Under the pieces are notes generated by a model. The model was not told where the DNA came from. It saw only the letters and a list, made by a program, of their open reading frames with translations, and searched no databases. From assembly GCA_964016885.1 (NCBI GenBank), contig OZ024744.1, positions 100,068,001 through 100,132,000 of the forward strand: 64,000 nucleotides of DNA, given 5' to 3'. The position numbers and the translations under genes were made by a program. Shown here in pieces: positions 10,470-24,200 of the stretch (positions within the stretch are counted from its first letter, which is position 1; each line of letters begins with the position of its first letter). This stretch comes from Eledone cirrhosa (lineage: Eukaryota).

Positions 10470-13400
10470 GAGAGCTGTAAAGAGACAATAGATGGTGGTA
10501 GTTGTAGCAGTGTAAAACAGGGTGGTGGGCATGGTTGGAGAGCTGTAAAGAAACAATAGATGGTGGTAGTTGTAGTACTGTAAACCAGGGTGGTGGGCAT
10601 GGTTGGAGAGCTGTAAAGAGACAGTAGAAGGTGGTAGTTGTAGCACTGTAAAACATGGTGGTGGGCATGGTTGGAGAGCTGTAAAGAGACAATAGATGGT
10701 GGTAGTTGAAGCACTGTAAAACAGGGTGGTGGGCATGGTTGAAGAGCTGTAAAGATAACAATAGATGGTGGTAGTTGTAGCACTGTAAAACAGGGTGGTG
10801 GGCATGGTTGGAGAGCTGTAAAGAGACAGTAGAAGGTGGGAGTTGTAGCACAGTAAGACAGGGTGGTGGGCATGGTTGGAGACCTGTAAAGAAACAATAG
10901 ATGGTGGTAGTTGTAGCACTGTAAATCAGGGTGGTGGGCATGGTTGGAGAGCTGTAAAGAAACAGTAGATGGTGGTAGTTGTAGCACTGTAAAACAGGGT
11001 GGTGGGCATGGTTGGAGAGCTGTAAAGAGACAATAGAAGGTGGTAGTGGTAGCACTGTAAAACAGGGTGGTGGGCATGGTTGGAGAGCTGTAAAGAAACA
11101 ATAGATGGTGGTAGTTGTAGCACTGTAAAACAGGGTGGTGGGCATGGTTGGAGAGCTGTAAAGAAACAATAGAAGGTGGGAGTTGTAGCACTGTAAAACA
11201 GGGTGGTGGGCAGGGTTGGAGAGCTGTAAAGAGACAATAGATGGTGGTAGTTGTAGCACTGTAAAACAGGGTGGTGGGCATGGTTCGAGAGCTGTAAAGA
11301 GACAATAGAAGGTGGTAGTTGTAGCACTGTAAAACAGGGTGGTGGGCATGGTTGGAGAGCTGTAAAGAGACAATAGATGGTGGTAGTTGTAGCACTGTAA
11401 AACAGGGTGGTGGGCATGGTTGGAGAGCTGTAAAGAGACAATAGATGGTGGGAGTTGTAGCACTGTAAAACAGGGCGATGGGCATGGTTGGAGAGCTGTA
11501 AAGAAACAGTAGAAGGTGGTAGTTGTAGCACTGTAAAACAGGGTGGTGGGCATGGTTGGAGAGCTGTAAAGAGACAATAGATGGTGGGAGTTGTAGCAGT
11601 GTAAAACATGGTTGTGGGCATGGTTGGAGAGCTGTAAAGAGACAATAGATGGTGGTAGTTGTAGCAGTGTAAAACTGGGTGGTGGGCATGGTTGGAGAGC
11701 TGTAAAGAGACAATAGATGGTGGTAGTTGTAGCACTGTAAAACAGGGTGGTGGGCATAGTTGGAGACCTGTAAAGAAACAATAGATGGTGGTAGTTGTAG
11801 CACTGTAAAACAGGGTGGTGTGCATGGTTGGAGAGCTGTAAAGAGACAATAGATGGTGGTAGTTGTAGTACTGTAAAACAGGGTGGTGGGCATGGTTGGA
11901 GAGCTGTAAAGAAACAATAGATGGTGGTAGCTGTAGCAGTGTAAAACATGGTGGTGGGCATGGTTGGAGAGCTGTAAAGAGACAATAGATGGTGGTAGTT
12001 GTAGCAGTGTAAAACAGGGTGGTGGGCATTGTTGGAGAGCTGTAAAGAGACAATAGATGGTGGGAGTTGTAGCACTGTAAAACAGGGTGGTGGGCATGGT
12101 TGGAGAGCTGTAAAGAAACGGTAGAAGGTGGTAGTTGTAGCACTGTAAAACAGGGTGGTGGGCATGGTTGGAGAGCTGTAAAGAGACAATAGATGGTGGT
12201 AGTTGTAGCACTGTAAAACAGGGTGGTGGGCATGGTTGGAGAGCTGTAAAGAAACAATAGATGGTGGTAGTTGTAGCAGTGTAAAACATGGTGATGGGCA
12301 TGGTTGGAGAGCTGTAAAGAGACAATAGATGGTGGTAGTTGTTGCACTGTAAAACAGGGTGGTGGGCATGGTTGGAGAGCTGTAAAGAGACAATAGATGG
12401 TGGTAGTTGTAGCACTGTAAAACAGGGTGGTGGGCATGGTTGGAGAGCTGTATAGAGACAGTAGATGGTGGTAGTTGTAGCACTGTAAAACAGGGTGGTG
12501 GGCCTGGTTGGAGAGCTGTAAAGATAACAATAGATGGTGGTAGTTGTAGCACTGTAAAACATGGTGGTGGGCATGGTTGCAGAGCTGTAAAGAAACAGTA
12601 GATGGTGGTAGTTGTAGCACTGTAAAAAAGGGTGGTGGGCATGGTTGGAGAGCTGTAAAGAAACAGAAGAAGGTGGTAGTTGTAGCACTGTAAAACAGGG
12701 TGGTGGGCATGGTTGGAGAGCTGTAAAGAAACAGTAGAAGGTGGTAGTTGTAGCACTGTAAAACAGGGTGGTGGGCATGGTTGGAGAGCTGTAAAGAAAC
12801 AATAGATGGTGGGAGTTGTAGCACTGTAAAACAGGGTGGTGGGCATGGTTGCAGAGCTGTAAAGAGACAATAGAAGGTGGTAGTTGTAGCACTGTAAAAC
12901 AAGGTGGTGGGCATGGTTGGAGAGCTGTAAAGAAACAATAGATGGTGGTAGTTGTAGCACTGTAAAACAGGGTGGTGGGCATGGTTGGAGAGCTGTAAAG
13001 AAACAGTAGAAGGTGGTAGTTGTAGCACTGTAAAACACGGTGGTGGGCATGGTTGGAGAGCTGTAAAGAAACAGTAGATGGTGGTAGTTGTAGCACTGTA
13101 AAACAGGGTGGTGGGCATGGTTGGAGAGCTGTAAAGATACAGTAGATGGTGGGCGTTGTAGCAAAGTAAAACAGTGTGGTGGGCATGGTTGGAGAGCTGT
13201 AAAGAAACAATAGATGGTGGTAGTTGTAGCACTGTAAAACAGGGTGGTGGGCATGGTTGGAGAGCTGTAAAGAGACAATAGATGGTGGTAGTTGTAGCAC
13301 TGTAAAACAGGGTGGTGGGCATGGTTGGAGAGCTGTAAAGAGACAATAGATGGTGGTAGTTGTAGCACTGTAAAACAGGGTGGTGGGCATGGTTGGAGAG

Positions 13401-16400
13401 CTGTAAAGAGACAATAGATGGTGGTAGTTGTAGCACTGTAAAACAGGGTGGTGGGCATGGTTGGAGAGCTGTAAAGAGACAATAGAAGGTGGTAGTTGTA
13501 GCACTGTAAAACAGGGTGGTGGGCATGGTTGGAGAGCTGTAAAGAGACAATAGATGGTGGTAGTTGTAGCACAGTAAAACAGGTTGGTGGGCATGATTGG
13601 AGAGCTGTAAAGAAACAATAGATGGTGGTAGTTGTAGTACTGTAAAACAGGGTGGTGGGCATGGTTGGAGAGCTGTAAAGAGACAGTAGATGGTGGTAGT
13701 TGTAGCACTGTAAAACAGGGTGGTGGGCATGGTTGGAGTGCTGTAAAGAGACAATAGATGGTGGTAGTTGTAGCACTGTAAAACAGGGTGGTGGGCATGG
13801 TTGGAGAGCTGTATAGAGACAGTTGATGGTGGTAGTTGTAGCACTGTAAAACAGGGTGGTGGGCCTGGTTGGAGAGCTGTAAAGATAACAATAGATGGTG
13901 GTAGTTGTAGCAGTGTAAAACATGGTGGTGGGCATGGTTGGAGAGCTGTAAAGAGACAATAGATGGTGGTAGTTGTAGCAGTGTAAAACAGGGTGGTGGG
14001 CATGGTTGGAGAGCTGTAAAGAAACAATAGATGGTGGTAGTTGTAGTACTGTAAACCAGGGTGGTGGGCATGGTTGGAGAGCTGTAAAGAGACAGTAGAA
14101 GGTGGTAGTTGTAGCACTGTAAAACATGGTGGTGGGCATGGTTGGAGAGCTGTAAAGAGACAATAGATGGTGGTAGTTGAAGCACTGTAAAACAGGGTGG
14201 TGGGCATGGTTGGAGAGCTGTAAAGATAACAATAGATGGTGGTAGTTGTAGCACTGTAAAACAGGGTGGTGGGCATGGTTGGAGAGCTGTAAAGAGACAG
14301 TAGAAGGTGGGAGTTGTAGCACAGTAAGACAGGGTGGTGGGCATGGTTGGAGACCTGTAAAGAAACAATAGATGGTGGTAGTTGTAGCACTGTAAATCAG
14401 GGTGGTGGGCATGGTTGGAGAGCTGTAAAGAAACAGTAGATGGTGGTAGTTGTAGCACTGTAAAACAGGGTGGTGGGCATGGTTGGAGAGCTGTAAAGAG
14501 ACAATAGAAGGTGGTAGTGGTAGCACTGTAAAACAGGGTGGTGGGCATGGTTGGAGAGCTGTAAAGAAACAATAGATGGTGGTAGTTGTAGCACTGTAAA
14601 ACAGGGTGGTGGGCATGGTTGGAGAGCTGTAAAGAAACGGTAGAAGGTGGTAGTTGTAGCACTGTAAAACAGGGTGGTGGGCATGGTTGGAGAGCTGTAA
14701 AGAGACAATAGATGGTGGTAGTTGTAGCACTGTAAAACAGGGTGGTGGGCATGGTTAGAGAGCTGTAAAGAAACAATAGATGGTGGTAGTTGTAGCAGTG
14801 TAAAACATGGTGATGGGCATGGTTGGAGAGCTGTAAAGAGACAATAGATGGTGGTAGTTGTTGCACTGTAAAACAGGGTGGTGGGCATGGTTGGAGAGCT
14901 GTAAAGAGACAATAGATGGTGGTAGTTGTAGCACTGTAAAACAGGGTGGTGGGCATGGTTGGAGAGCTGTATAGAGACAGTAGATGGTGGTAGTTGTAGC
15001 ACTGTAAAACAGGGTGGTGGGCCTGGTTGGAGAGCTGTAAAGATAACAATAGATGGTGGTAGTTGTAGCACTGTAAAACATGGTGGTGGGCATGGTTGCA
15101 GAGCTGTAAAGAAACAGTAGATGGTGGTAGTTGTAGCACTGTAAAAAAGGGTGGTGGGCATGGTTGGAGAGCTGTAAAGAAACAGAAGAAGGTGGTAGTT
15201 GTAGCACTGTAAAACAGGGTGGTGGGCATGGTTGGAGAGCTGTAAAGAAACAGTAGAAGGTGGTAGTTGTAGCACTGTAAAACAGGGTGGTGGGCATGGT
15301 TGGAGAGCTGTAAAGAAACAATAGATGGTGGGAGTTGTAGCACTGTAAAACAGGGTGGTGGGCATGGTTGCAGAGCTGTAAAGAGACAATAGAAGGTGGT
15401 AGTTGTAGCACTGTAAAACAAGGTGGTGGGCATGGTTGGAGAGCTGTAAAGAAACAATAGATGGTGGTAGTTGTAGCACTGTAAAACAGGGTGGTGGGCA
15501 TGGTTGGAGAGCTGTAAAGAAACAGTAGAAGGTGGTAGTTGTAGCACTGTAAAACACGGTGGTGGGCATGGTTGGAGAGCTGTAAAGAAACAGTAGATGG
15601 TGGTAGTTGTAGCACTGTAAAACAGGGTGGTGGGCATGGTTGGAGAGCTGTAAAGATACAGTAGATGGTGGGCGTTGTAGCAAAGTAAAACAGTGTGGTG
15701 GGCATGGTTGGAGGGCTGTAAAGAAACAATAGATGGTGGTAGTTGTAGCACTGTAAAACAGGGTGGTGGGCATGGTTGGAGAGCTGTAAAGAGACAATAG
15801 ATGGTGGTAGTTGTAGCACTGTAAAACAGGGTGGTGGGCATGGTTGGAGAGCTGTAAAGAGACAATAGATGGTGGTAGTTGTAGCACTGTAAAACAGGGT
15901 GGTGGGCATGGTTGGAGAGCTGTAAAGAGACAATAGATGGTGGTAGTTGTAGCACTGTAAAACAGGGTGGTGGGCATGGTTGGAGAGCTGTAAAGAGACA
16001 ATAGAAGGTGGTAGTTGTAGCACTGTAAAACAGGGTGGTGGGCATGGTTGGAGAGCTGTAAAGAGACAATAGATGGTGGTAGTTGTAGCACAGTAAAACA
16101 GGTTGGTGGGCATGATTGGAGAGCTGTAAAGAAACAATAGATGGTGGTAGTTGTAGTACTGTAAAACAGGGTGGTGGGCATGGTTGGAGAGCTGTAAAGA
16201 GACAGTAGATGGTGGTAGTTGTAGCACTGTAAAACAGGGTGGTGGGCATGGTTGGAGTGCTGTAAAGAGACAATAGATGGTGGTAGTTGTAGCACTGTAA
16301 AACAGGGTGGTGGGCATGGTTGGAGAGCTGTATAGAGACAGTTGATGGTGGTAGTTGTAGCACTGTAAAACAGGGTGGTGGGCCTGGTTGGAGAGCTGTA

Positions 16401-19400
16401 AAGATAACAATAGATGGTGGTAGTTGTAGCAGTGTAAAACATGGTGGTGGGCATGGTTGGAGAGCTGTAAAGAGACAATAGATGGTGGTAGTTGTAGCAG
16501 TGTAAAACAGGGTGGTGGGCATGGTTGGAGAGCTGTAAAGAAACAATAGATGGTGGTAGTTGTAGTACTGTAAACCAGGGTGGTGGGCATGGTTGGAGAG
16601 CTGTAAAGAGACAGTAGAAGGTGGTAGTTGTAGCACTGTAAAACATGGTGGTGGGCATGGTTGGAGAGCTGTAAAGAGACAATAGATGGTGGTAGTTGAA
16701 GCACTGTAAAACAGGGTGGTGGGCATGGTTGGAGAGCTGTAAAGATAACAATAGATGGTGGTAGTTGTAGCACTGTAAAACAGGGTGGTGGGCATGGTTG
16801 GAGAGCTGTAAAGAGACAGTAGAAGGTGGGAGTTGTAGCACAGTAAGACAGGGTGGTGGGCATGGTTGGAGACCTGTAAAGAAACAATAGATGGTGGTAG
16901 TTGTAGCACTGTAAATCAGGGTGGTGGGCATGGTTGGAGAGCTGTAAAGAAACAGTAGATGGTGGTAGTTGTAGCACTGTAAAACAGGGTGGTGGGCATG
17001 GTTGGAGAGCTGTAAAGAGACAATAGAAGGTGGTAGTGGTAGCACTGTAAAACAGGGTGGTGGGCATGGTTGGAGAGCTGTAAAGAAACAATAGATGGTG
17101 GTAGTTGTAGCACTGTAAAACAGGGTGGTGGGCATGGTTGGAGAGCTGTAAAGAAACGGTAGAAGGTGGTAGTTGTAGCACTGTAAAACAGGGTGGTGGG
17201 CATGGTTGGAGAGCTGTAAAGAGACAATAGATGGTGGTAGTTGTAGCACTGTAAAACAGGGTGGTGGGCATGGTTAGAGAGCTGTAAAGAAACAATAGAT
17301 GGTGGTAGTTGTAGCAGTGTAAAACATGGTGATGGGCATGGTTGGAGAGCTGTAAAGAGACAATAGATGGTGGTAGTTGTTGCACTGTAAAACAGGGTGG
17401 TGGGCATGGTTGGAGAGCTGTAAAGAGACAATAGATGTTGGTAGTTGTAGCACTGTAAAACAGGGTGGTGGGCATGGTTGGAGAGCTGTATAGAGACAGT
17501 AGATGGTGGTAGTTGTAGCACTGTAAAACAGGGTGGTGGGCCTGGTTGGAGAGCTGTAAAGATAACAATAGATGGTGGTAGTTGTAGCACTGTAAAACAT
17601 GGTGGTGGGCATGGTTGCAGAGCTGTAAAGAAACAGTAGATGGTGGTAGTTGTAGCACTGTAAAAAAGGGTGGTGGGCATGGTTGGAGAGCTGTAAAGAA
17701 ACAGAAGAAGGTGGTAGTTGTAGCACTGTAAAACAGGGTGGTGGGCATGGTTGGAGAGCTGTAAAGAAACAGTAGAAGGTGGTAGTTGTAGCACTGTAAA
17801 ACAGGGTGGTGGGCATGGTTGGAGAGCTGTAAAGAAACAATAGATGGTGGGAGTTGTAGCACTGTAAAACAGGGTGGTGGGCATGGTTGCAGAGCTGTAA
17901 AGAGACAATAGAAGGTGGTAGTTGTAGCACTGTAAAACAAGGTGGTGGGCATGGTTGGAGAGCTGTAAAGAAACAATAGATGGTGGTAGTTGTAGCACTG
18001 TAAAACAGGGTGGTGGGCATGGTTGGAGAGCTGTAAAGAAACAGTAGAAGGTGGTAGTTGTAGCACTGTAAAACACGGTGGTGGGCATGGTTGGAGAGCT
18101 GTAAAGAAACAGTAGATGGTGGTAGTTGTAGCACTGTAAAACAGGGTGGTGGGCATGGTTGGAGAGCTGTAAAGATACAGTAGATGGTGGGCGTTGTAGC
18201 AAAGTAAAACAGTGTGGTGGGCATGGTTGGAGGGCTGTAAAGAAACAATAGATGGTGGTAGTTGTAGCACTGTAAAACAGGGTGGTGGGCATGGTTGGAG
18301 AGCTGTAAAGAGACAATAGATGGTGGTAGTTGTAGCACTGTAAAACAGGGTGGTGGGCATGGTTGGAGAGCTGTAAAGAGACAATAGATGGTGGTAGTTG
18401 TAGCACTGTAAAACAGGGTGGTGGGCATGGTTGGAGAGCTGTAAAGAGACAATAGATGGTGGTAGTTGTAGCACTGTAAAACAGGGTGGTGGGCATGGTT
18501 GGAGAGCTGTAAAGAGACAATAGAAGGTGGTAGTTGTAGCACTGTAAAACAGGGTGGTGGGCATGGTTGGAGAGCTGTAAAGAGACAATAGATGGTGGTA
18601 GTTGTAGCACAGTAAAACAGGTTGGTGGGCATGATTGGAGAGCTGTAAAGAAACAATAGATGGTGGTAGTTGTAGTACTGTAAAACAGGGTGGTGGGCAT
18701 GGTTGGAGAGCTGTAAAGAGACAGTAGATGGTGGTAGTTGTAGCACTGTAAAACAGGGTGGTGGGCATGGTTGGAGTGCTGTAAAGAGACAATAGATGGT
18801 GGTAGTTGTAGCACTGTAAAACAGGGTGGTGGGCATGGTTGGAGAGCTGTATAGAGACAGTTGATGGTGGTAGTTGTAGCACTGTAAAACAGGGTGGTGG
18901 GCCTGGTTGGAGAGCTGTAAAGATAACAATAGATGGTGGTAGTTGTAGCAGTGTAAAACATGGTGGTGGGCATGGTTGGAGAGCTGTAAAGAGACAATAG
19001 ATGGTGGTAGTTGTAGCAGTGTAAAACAGGGTGGTGGGCATGGTTGGAGAGCTGTAAAGAAACAATAGATGGTGGTAGTTGTAGTACTGTAAACCAGGGT
19101 GGTGGGCATGGTTGGAGAGCTGTAAAGAGACAGTAGAAGGTGGTAGTTGTAGCACTGTAAAACATGGTGGTGGGCATGGTTGGAGAGCTGTAAAGAGACA
19201 ATAGATGGTGGTAGTTGAAGCACTGTAAAACAGGGTGGTGGGCATGGTTGGAGAGCTGTAAAGATAACAATAGATGGTGGTAGTTGTAGCACTGTAAAAC
19301 AGGGTGGTGGGCATGGTTGGAGAGCTGTAAAGAGACAGTAGAAGGTGGGAGTTGTAGCACAGTAAGACAGGGTGGTGGGCATGGTTGGAGACCTGTAAAG

Positions 19401-21200
19401 AAACAATAGATGGTGGTAGTTGTAGCACTGTAAATCAGGGTGGTGGGCATGGTTGGAGAGCTGTAAAGAAACAGTAGATGGTGGTAGTTGTAGCACTGTA
19501 AAACAGGGTGGTGGGCATGGTTGGAGAGCTGTAAAGAGACAATAGAAGGTGGTAGTGGTAGCACTGTAAAACAGGGTGGTGGGCATGGTTGGAGAGCTGT
19601 AAAGAAACAATAGATGGTGGTAGTTGTAGCACTGTAAAACAGGGTGGTGGGCATGGTTGGAGAGCTGTAAAGAAACAATAGAAGGTGGGAGTTGTAGCAC
19701 TGTAAAACAGGGTGGTGGGCAGGGTTGGAGAGCTGTAAAGAGACAATAGATGGTGGTAGTTGTAGCACTGTAAAACAGGGTGGTGGGCATGGTTCGAGAG
19801 CTGTAAAGAGACAATAGAAGGTGGTAGTTGTAGCACTGTAAAACAGGGTGGTGGGCATGGTTGGAGAGCTGTAAAGAGACAATAGATGGTGGTAGTTGTA
19901 GCACTGTAAAACAGGGTGGTGGGCATGGTTGGAGAGCTGTAAAGAGACAATAGATGGTGGGAGTTGTAGCACTGTAAAACAGGGCGATGGGCATGGTTGG
20001 AGAGCTGTAAAGAAACAGTAGAAGGTGGTAGTTGTAGCACTGTAAAACAGGGTGGTGGGCATGGTTGGAGAGCTGTAAAGAGACAATAGATGGTGGGAGT
20101 TGTAGCAGTGTAAAACATGGTTGTGGGCATGGTTGGAGAGCTGTAAAGAGACAATAGATGGTGGTAGTTGTAGCAGTGTAAAACTGGGTGGTGGGCATGG
20201 TTGGAGAGCTGTAAAGAGACAATAGATGGTGGTAGTTGTAGCACTGTAAAACAGGGTGGTGGGCATAGTTGGAGACCTGTAAAGAAACAATAGATGGTGG
20301 TAGTTGTAGCACTGTAAAACAGGGTGGTGTGCATGGTTGGAGAGCTGTAAAGAGACAATAGATGGTGGTAGTTGTAGTACTGTAAAACAGGGTGGTGGGC
20401 ATGGTTGGAGAGCTGTAAAGAAACAATAGATGGTGGTAGCTGTAGCAGTGTAAAACATGGTGGTGGGCATGGTTGGAGAGCTGTAAAGAGACAATAGATG
20501 GTGGTAGTTGTAGCAGTGTAAAACAGGGTGGTGGGCATTGTTGGAGAGCTGTAAAGAGACAATAGATGGTGGGAGTTGTAGCACTGTAAAACAGGGTGGT
20601 GGGCATGGTTGGAGAGCTGTAAAGAAACGGTAGAAGGTGGTAGTTGTAGCACTGTAAAACAGGGTGGTGGGCATGGTTGGAGAGCTGTAAAGAGACAATA
20701 GATGGTGGTAGTTGTAGCACTGTAAAACAGGGTGGTGGGCATGGTTGGAGAGCTGTAAAGAAACAATAGATGGTGGTAGTTGTAGCAGTGTAAAACATGG
20801 TGATGGGCATGGTTGGAGAGCTGTAAAGAGACAATAGATGGTGGTAGTTGTAGCACTGTAAAACAGGGTGGTGGGCATGGTTGGAGAGCTGTAAAGAGAC
20901 AATAGATGGTGGTAGTTGTAGCACTGTAAAACAGGGTGGTGGGCATGGTTGGAGAGCTGTATAGAGACAGTAGATGGTGGTAGTTGTAGCACTGTAAAAC
21001 AGGGTGGTGGGCCTGGTTGGAGAGCTGTAAAGATAACAATAGATGGTGGTAGTTGTAGCACTGTAAAACATGGTGGTGGGCATGGTTGCAGAGCTGTAAA
21101 GAAACAGTAGATGGTGGTAGTTGTAGCACTGTAAAAAAGGGTGGTGGTCATGGTTGGAGAGCTGTAAAGAAACAGAAGAAGGTGGTAGTTGTAGCACTGT
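10470..21200. repeat. Higher-order repeat domain: 51-mer (3471 bp) and its 37-mer (2519 bp) derivative; three tandem 2519-bp periods at ~12065-19675
   Basis: The marker gaaacggtag lies at 12119, 14638, 17157 (spacing 2519 = 37x68+3) and 20628. ORF starts fall at 10919, 14390, 16909 and 19428 (spacings 3471, 2519, 2519). A 14-monomer segment (cagggttgg, ttcgaga, gggcgatg, aaactggg) is present at ~11160-12110 and ~19670-20620 but absent from the 37-mers. Confidence 0.92.
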
Positions 21201-24200
21201 AAAACAGGGTGGTGGGCATGGTTGGAGACCTGTAAAGAAACAGTAGAAGGTGGTAGTTGTAGCACTGTAAAACAGGGTGGTGGGCATGGTTGCAGAGCTG
21301 TAAAGAGACAATAGAAGGTGGTAGTTGTAGCACTGTAAAACAAGGTGGTGGGCATGGTTGGAGAGCTGTAAAGAAACAATAGATGGTGGTAGTTGTAGCA
21401 CTGTAAAACAGGGTGGTGGGCATGGTTGGAGAGCTGTAAAGAAACAGTAGAAGGTGGTAGTTGTAGCACTGTAAAACACGGTGGTGGGCATGGTTGGAGA
21501 GCTGTAAAGAAACAGTAGATGGTGGTAGTTGTAGTAGTGTAAAACATGGTGGTGGGCATGGTTGGAGAGCTGTAAATATACAGTAGATGGTGGGCGTTGT
21601 AGCAAAGTAAAACAGTGTGGTGGGCATGGTTGGGGAGCTGTAAAGAAACAATAGATGGTGGTAGTTGTAGCACTGTAAAACAGGGTGGTGGGCATCGTTG
21701 GAGAGCTGTAAAGAGACAATAGATGGTGGTAGTTGTAGCACTGTAAAACAGGGTGGTGGGCATGGTTGGAGAGCTGTAAAGAGACAATAGATGGTGGTAG
21801 TTGTAGCACTGTAAAACAGGGTGGTGGGCATGGTTGGAGAGCTGTAAAGAGACAATAGATGGTGGTTGTTGTAGCAGTGTAAAACATGGTGGTGGGCATG
21901 GTTGGAGAGCTGTAAAGAAACAATAGATGGTGGTAGTTGTAGTACTGTAAAACAGGGTGGTGGGCATGGTTGGAGAGCTGTAAAGAGACAGTAGATGGTG
22001 GTAGTTGTAGCACTGTAAAACAGGGTGGTGGGCATGGTTGGAGTGCTGTAAAGAGACAATAGATGGTGGTAGTTGTAGCACTGTAAAACAGGGTGGTGGG
22101 CATGGTTGGAGAGCTGTATAGAGACAGTTGATGGTGGTAGTTGTAGCACTGTAAAACAGGGTGGTGGGCCTGGTTGGAGAGCTGTAAAGATAACAATAGA
22201 TGGTGGTAGCTGTAGCACTGTAAAACATGGTGGTGGGCATGGTTGGAGAGCTGTAAAGAAACAGTAGATGGTGGTAGTTGTAGCACTGTAAAAAAGGGTG
22301 GTGGGCATGGTTGGAGAGCTGTAAAGAAACAGAAGAAGGTGGTAGTTGTAGCACTGTAAAACAGGGTGGTGGGCATGGTTGGAGAGCTGTAAAGAAACAG
22401 TAGAAGGTGGTAGTTGTAGCACTGTAAAACAGGGTGGTGGGCATGGTTGGAGAGCTGTAAAGAGACAATAGAAGGTGGTAGTTGTAGCACTGTAAAACAA
22501 GGTGGTGGGCATGGTTGGAGAGCTGTAAAGAAACAATAGATGGTGGTAGTTGTAGCACTGTAAAACAGGGTGGTGGGCATGGTTGGAGAGCTGTAAAGAA
22601 ACAGTAGAAGGTGGTAGTTGTAGCACTGTAAAACAGGGTGGTGGGCATGGTTGGAGAGCTGTAAAGAAACAGTAGATGGTGGTAGTTGTAGCACTGTAAA
22701 ACAGGGTGGCGGGCATGGTTGGAGAGCTGTAAAGATACAGTAGATGGTGGGAGTTGTAGCACTGTAAAACAGTGTGGTGGGCATGGTTGGAGAGCTGTAG
22801 ACAAACAATAGATGGTGGTAGTTGTAGCACTGTAAAACAGGGTGGTGGGCATGGTTGGAGAGCTGTAAAGAAACAGTAGATGGTGGTAGTTGTAGCACTG
22901 TAAAACAGGGTGGCGGGCATGGTTGGAGAGCTGTAAAGATACAGTAGATGGTGGGAGTTGTAGCACTGTAAAACAGTGTGGTGGGCATGGTTGGAGAGCT
23001 GTAGACAAACAATAGATGGTGGTAGTTGTAGCACTGTCAAACAGGGTGGTGGGCATGGTTGGAGAGCTGTAAAGAGACAATAGATGGTGGTAGTTGTAGC
23101 ACTGTAAAACAGGGTGGTGGGCATGGTTGGAGAGCTGTAAAGAGACAATAGATGGTGGTAGTTGTAGCACTGTAAAACAGGGTGGTGGGCATGGTTGGAG
23201 AGCTGTAAAGAAACAATAGATGGTGGTAGTTGTAGCACAGTAAAACAGGTTGGTGGGCATGATTGGAGAGCTGTAAAGAAACAATAGATGGTGGTAGTTG
23301 TAGTACTGTAAAACAGGGTGGTGGGCATGGTTGGAGAGCTGTAAAGAGACAGTAGATGGTGGTAGTTGTAGCACTGTAAAACAGGGTGGTGGGCATGGTT
23401 GGAGAGCTGTAAAGAAACAGTAGATGGTGGTAGTTGTAGTACTGTAAAACATGGTGGTGGGCATGGTTGGAGAGCTGTGAAGAAACAGTAGATGGTGGTA
23501 GTTGTAGCACTGTAAAACAGGGTGGTGGGCATGGTTGAAGAGCTGTAAAGAAACAGTAGATGGTGGTAGTTGTAGCACTGTAAAACAGGGTGGTGGGCAT
23601 GGTTGGAGAGCTGTAAAGAAATAATAGAAGGTGGTAGTTGTAGCACTGTAAAGCAGGGTGGTGGGCATGGTTGGAGAGCTGTAAAGAGACAATAGATGGT
23701 GGTAGTTGTAGCACTGTAAAACATGGTGGTGCGCATGGTTGGAGAGCTGTAAAGAAACAATAGATGGTGGTAGTTGTAACACTGTAAAACAGGGTGGTGG
23801 GCATGGTTGGAGAGCTGTAAAGAAACAATAGATGGTGGTGGTTGTAGCACTGTAAAACAGGGTGTTGGGCATGGTTGGAGAGCTGTAAAGTGACAGTAGA
23901 TGGTGGTAGTTGTAGCACTGTAAAACAGGGTGGTTGGCATGGTTGGAGAGCTGTAAAGAAACAGTAGATGGTGGTAGTTGTAGTACTGTAAAACATGGTG
24001 GTGGGCATGGTTGGAGAGCTGTAAAGAAACAATAGAAGGTGGTAGTTGTAGCACTGTAAAACAGGGTGGTGGGCATGGTTGGAGAGCTGTAAAGAGACAA
24101 TAGATGGTGGTAGTTGTAGCACTGTAAAACATGGTGGTGGGCATGGTTGGAGAGCTGTAAAGAAACAGTAGATGGTGGTAGTTGTAGCACTGTAAAACAG

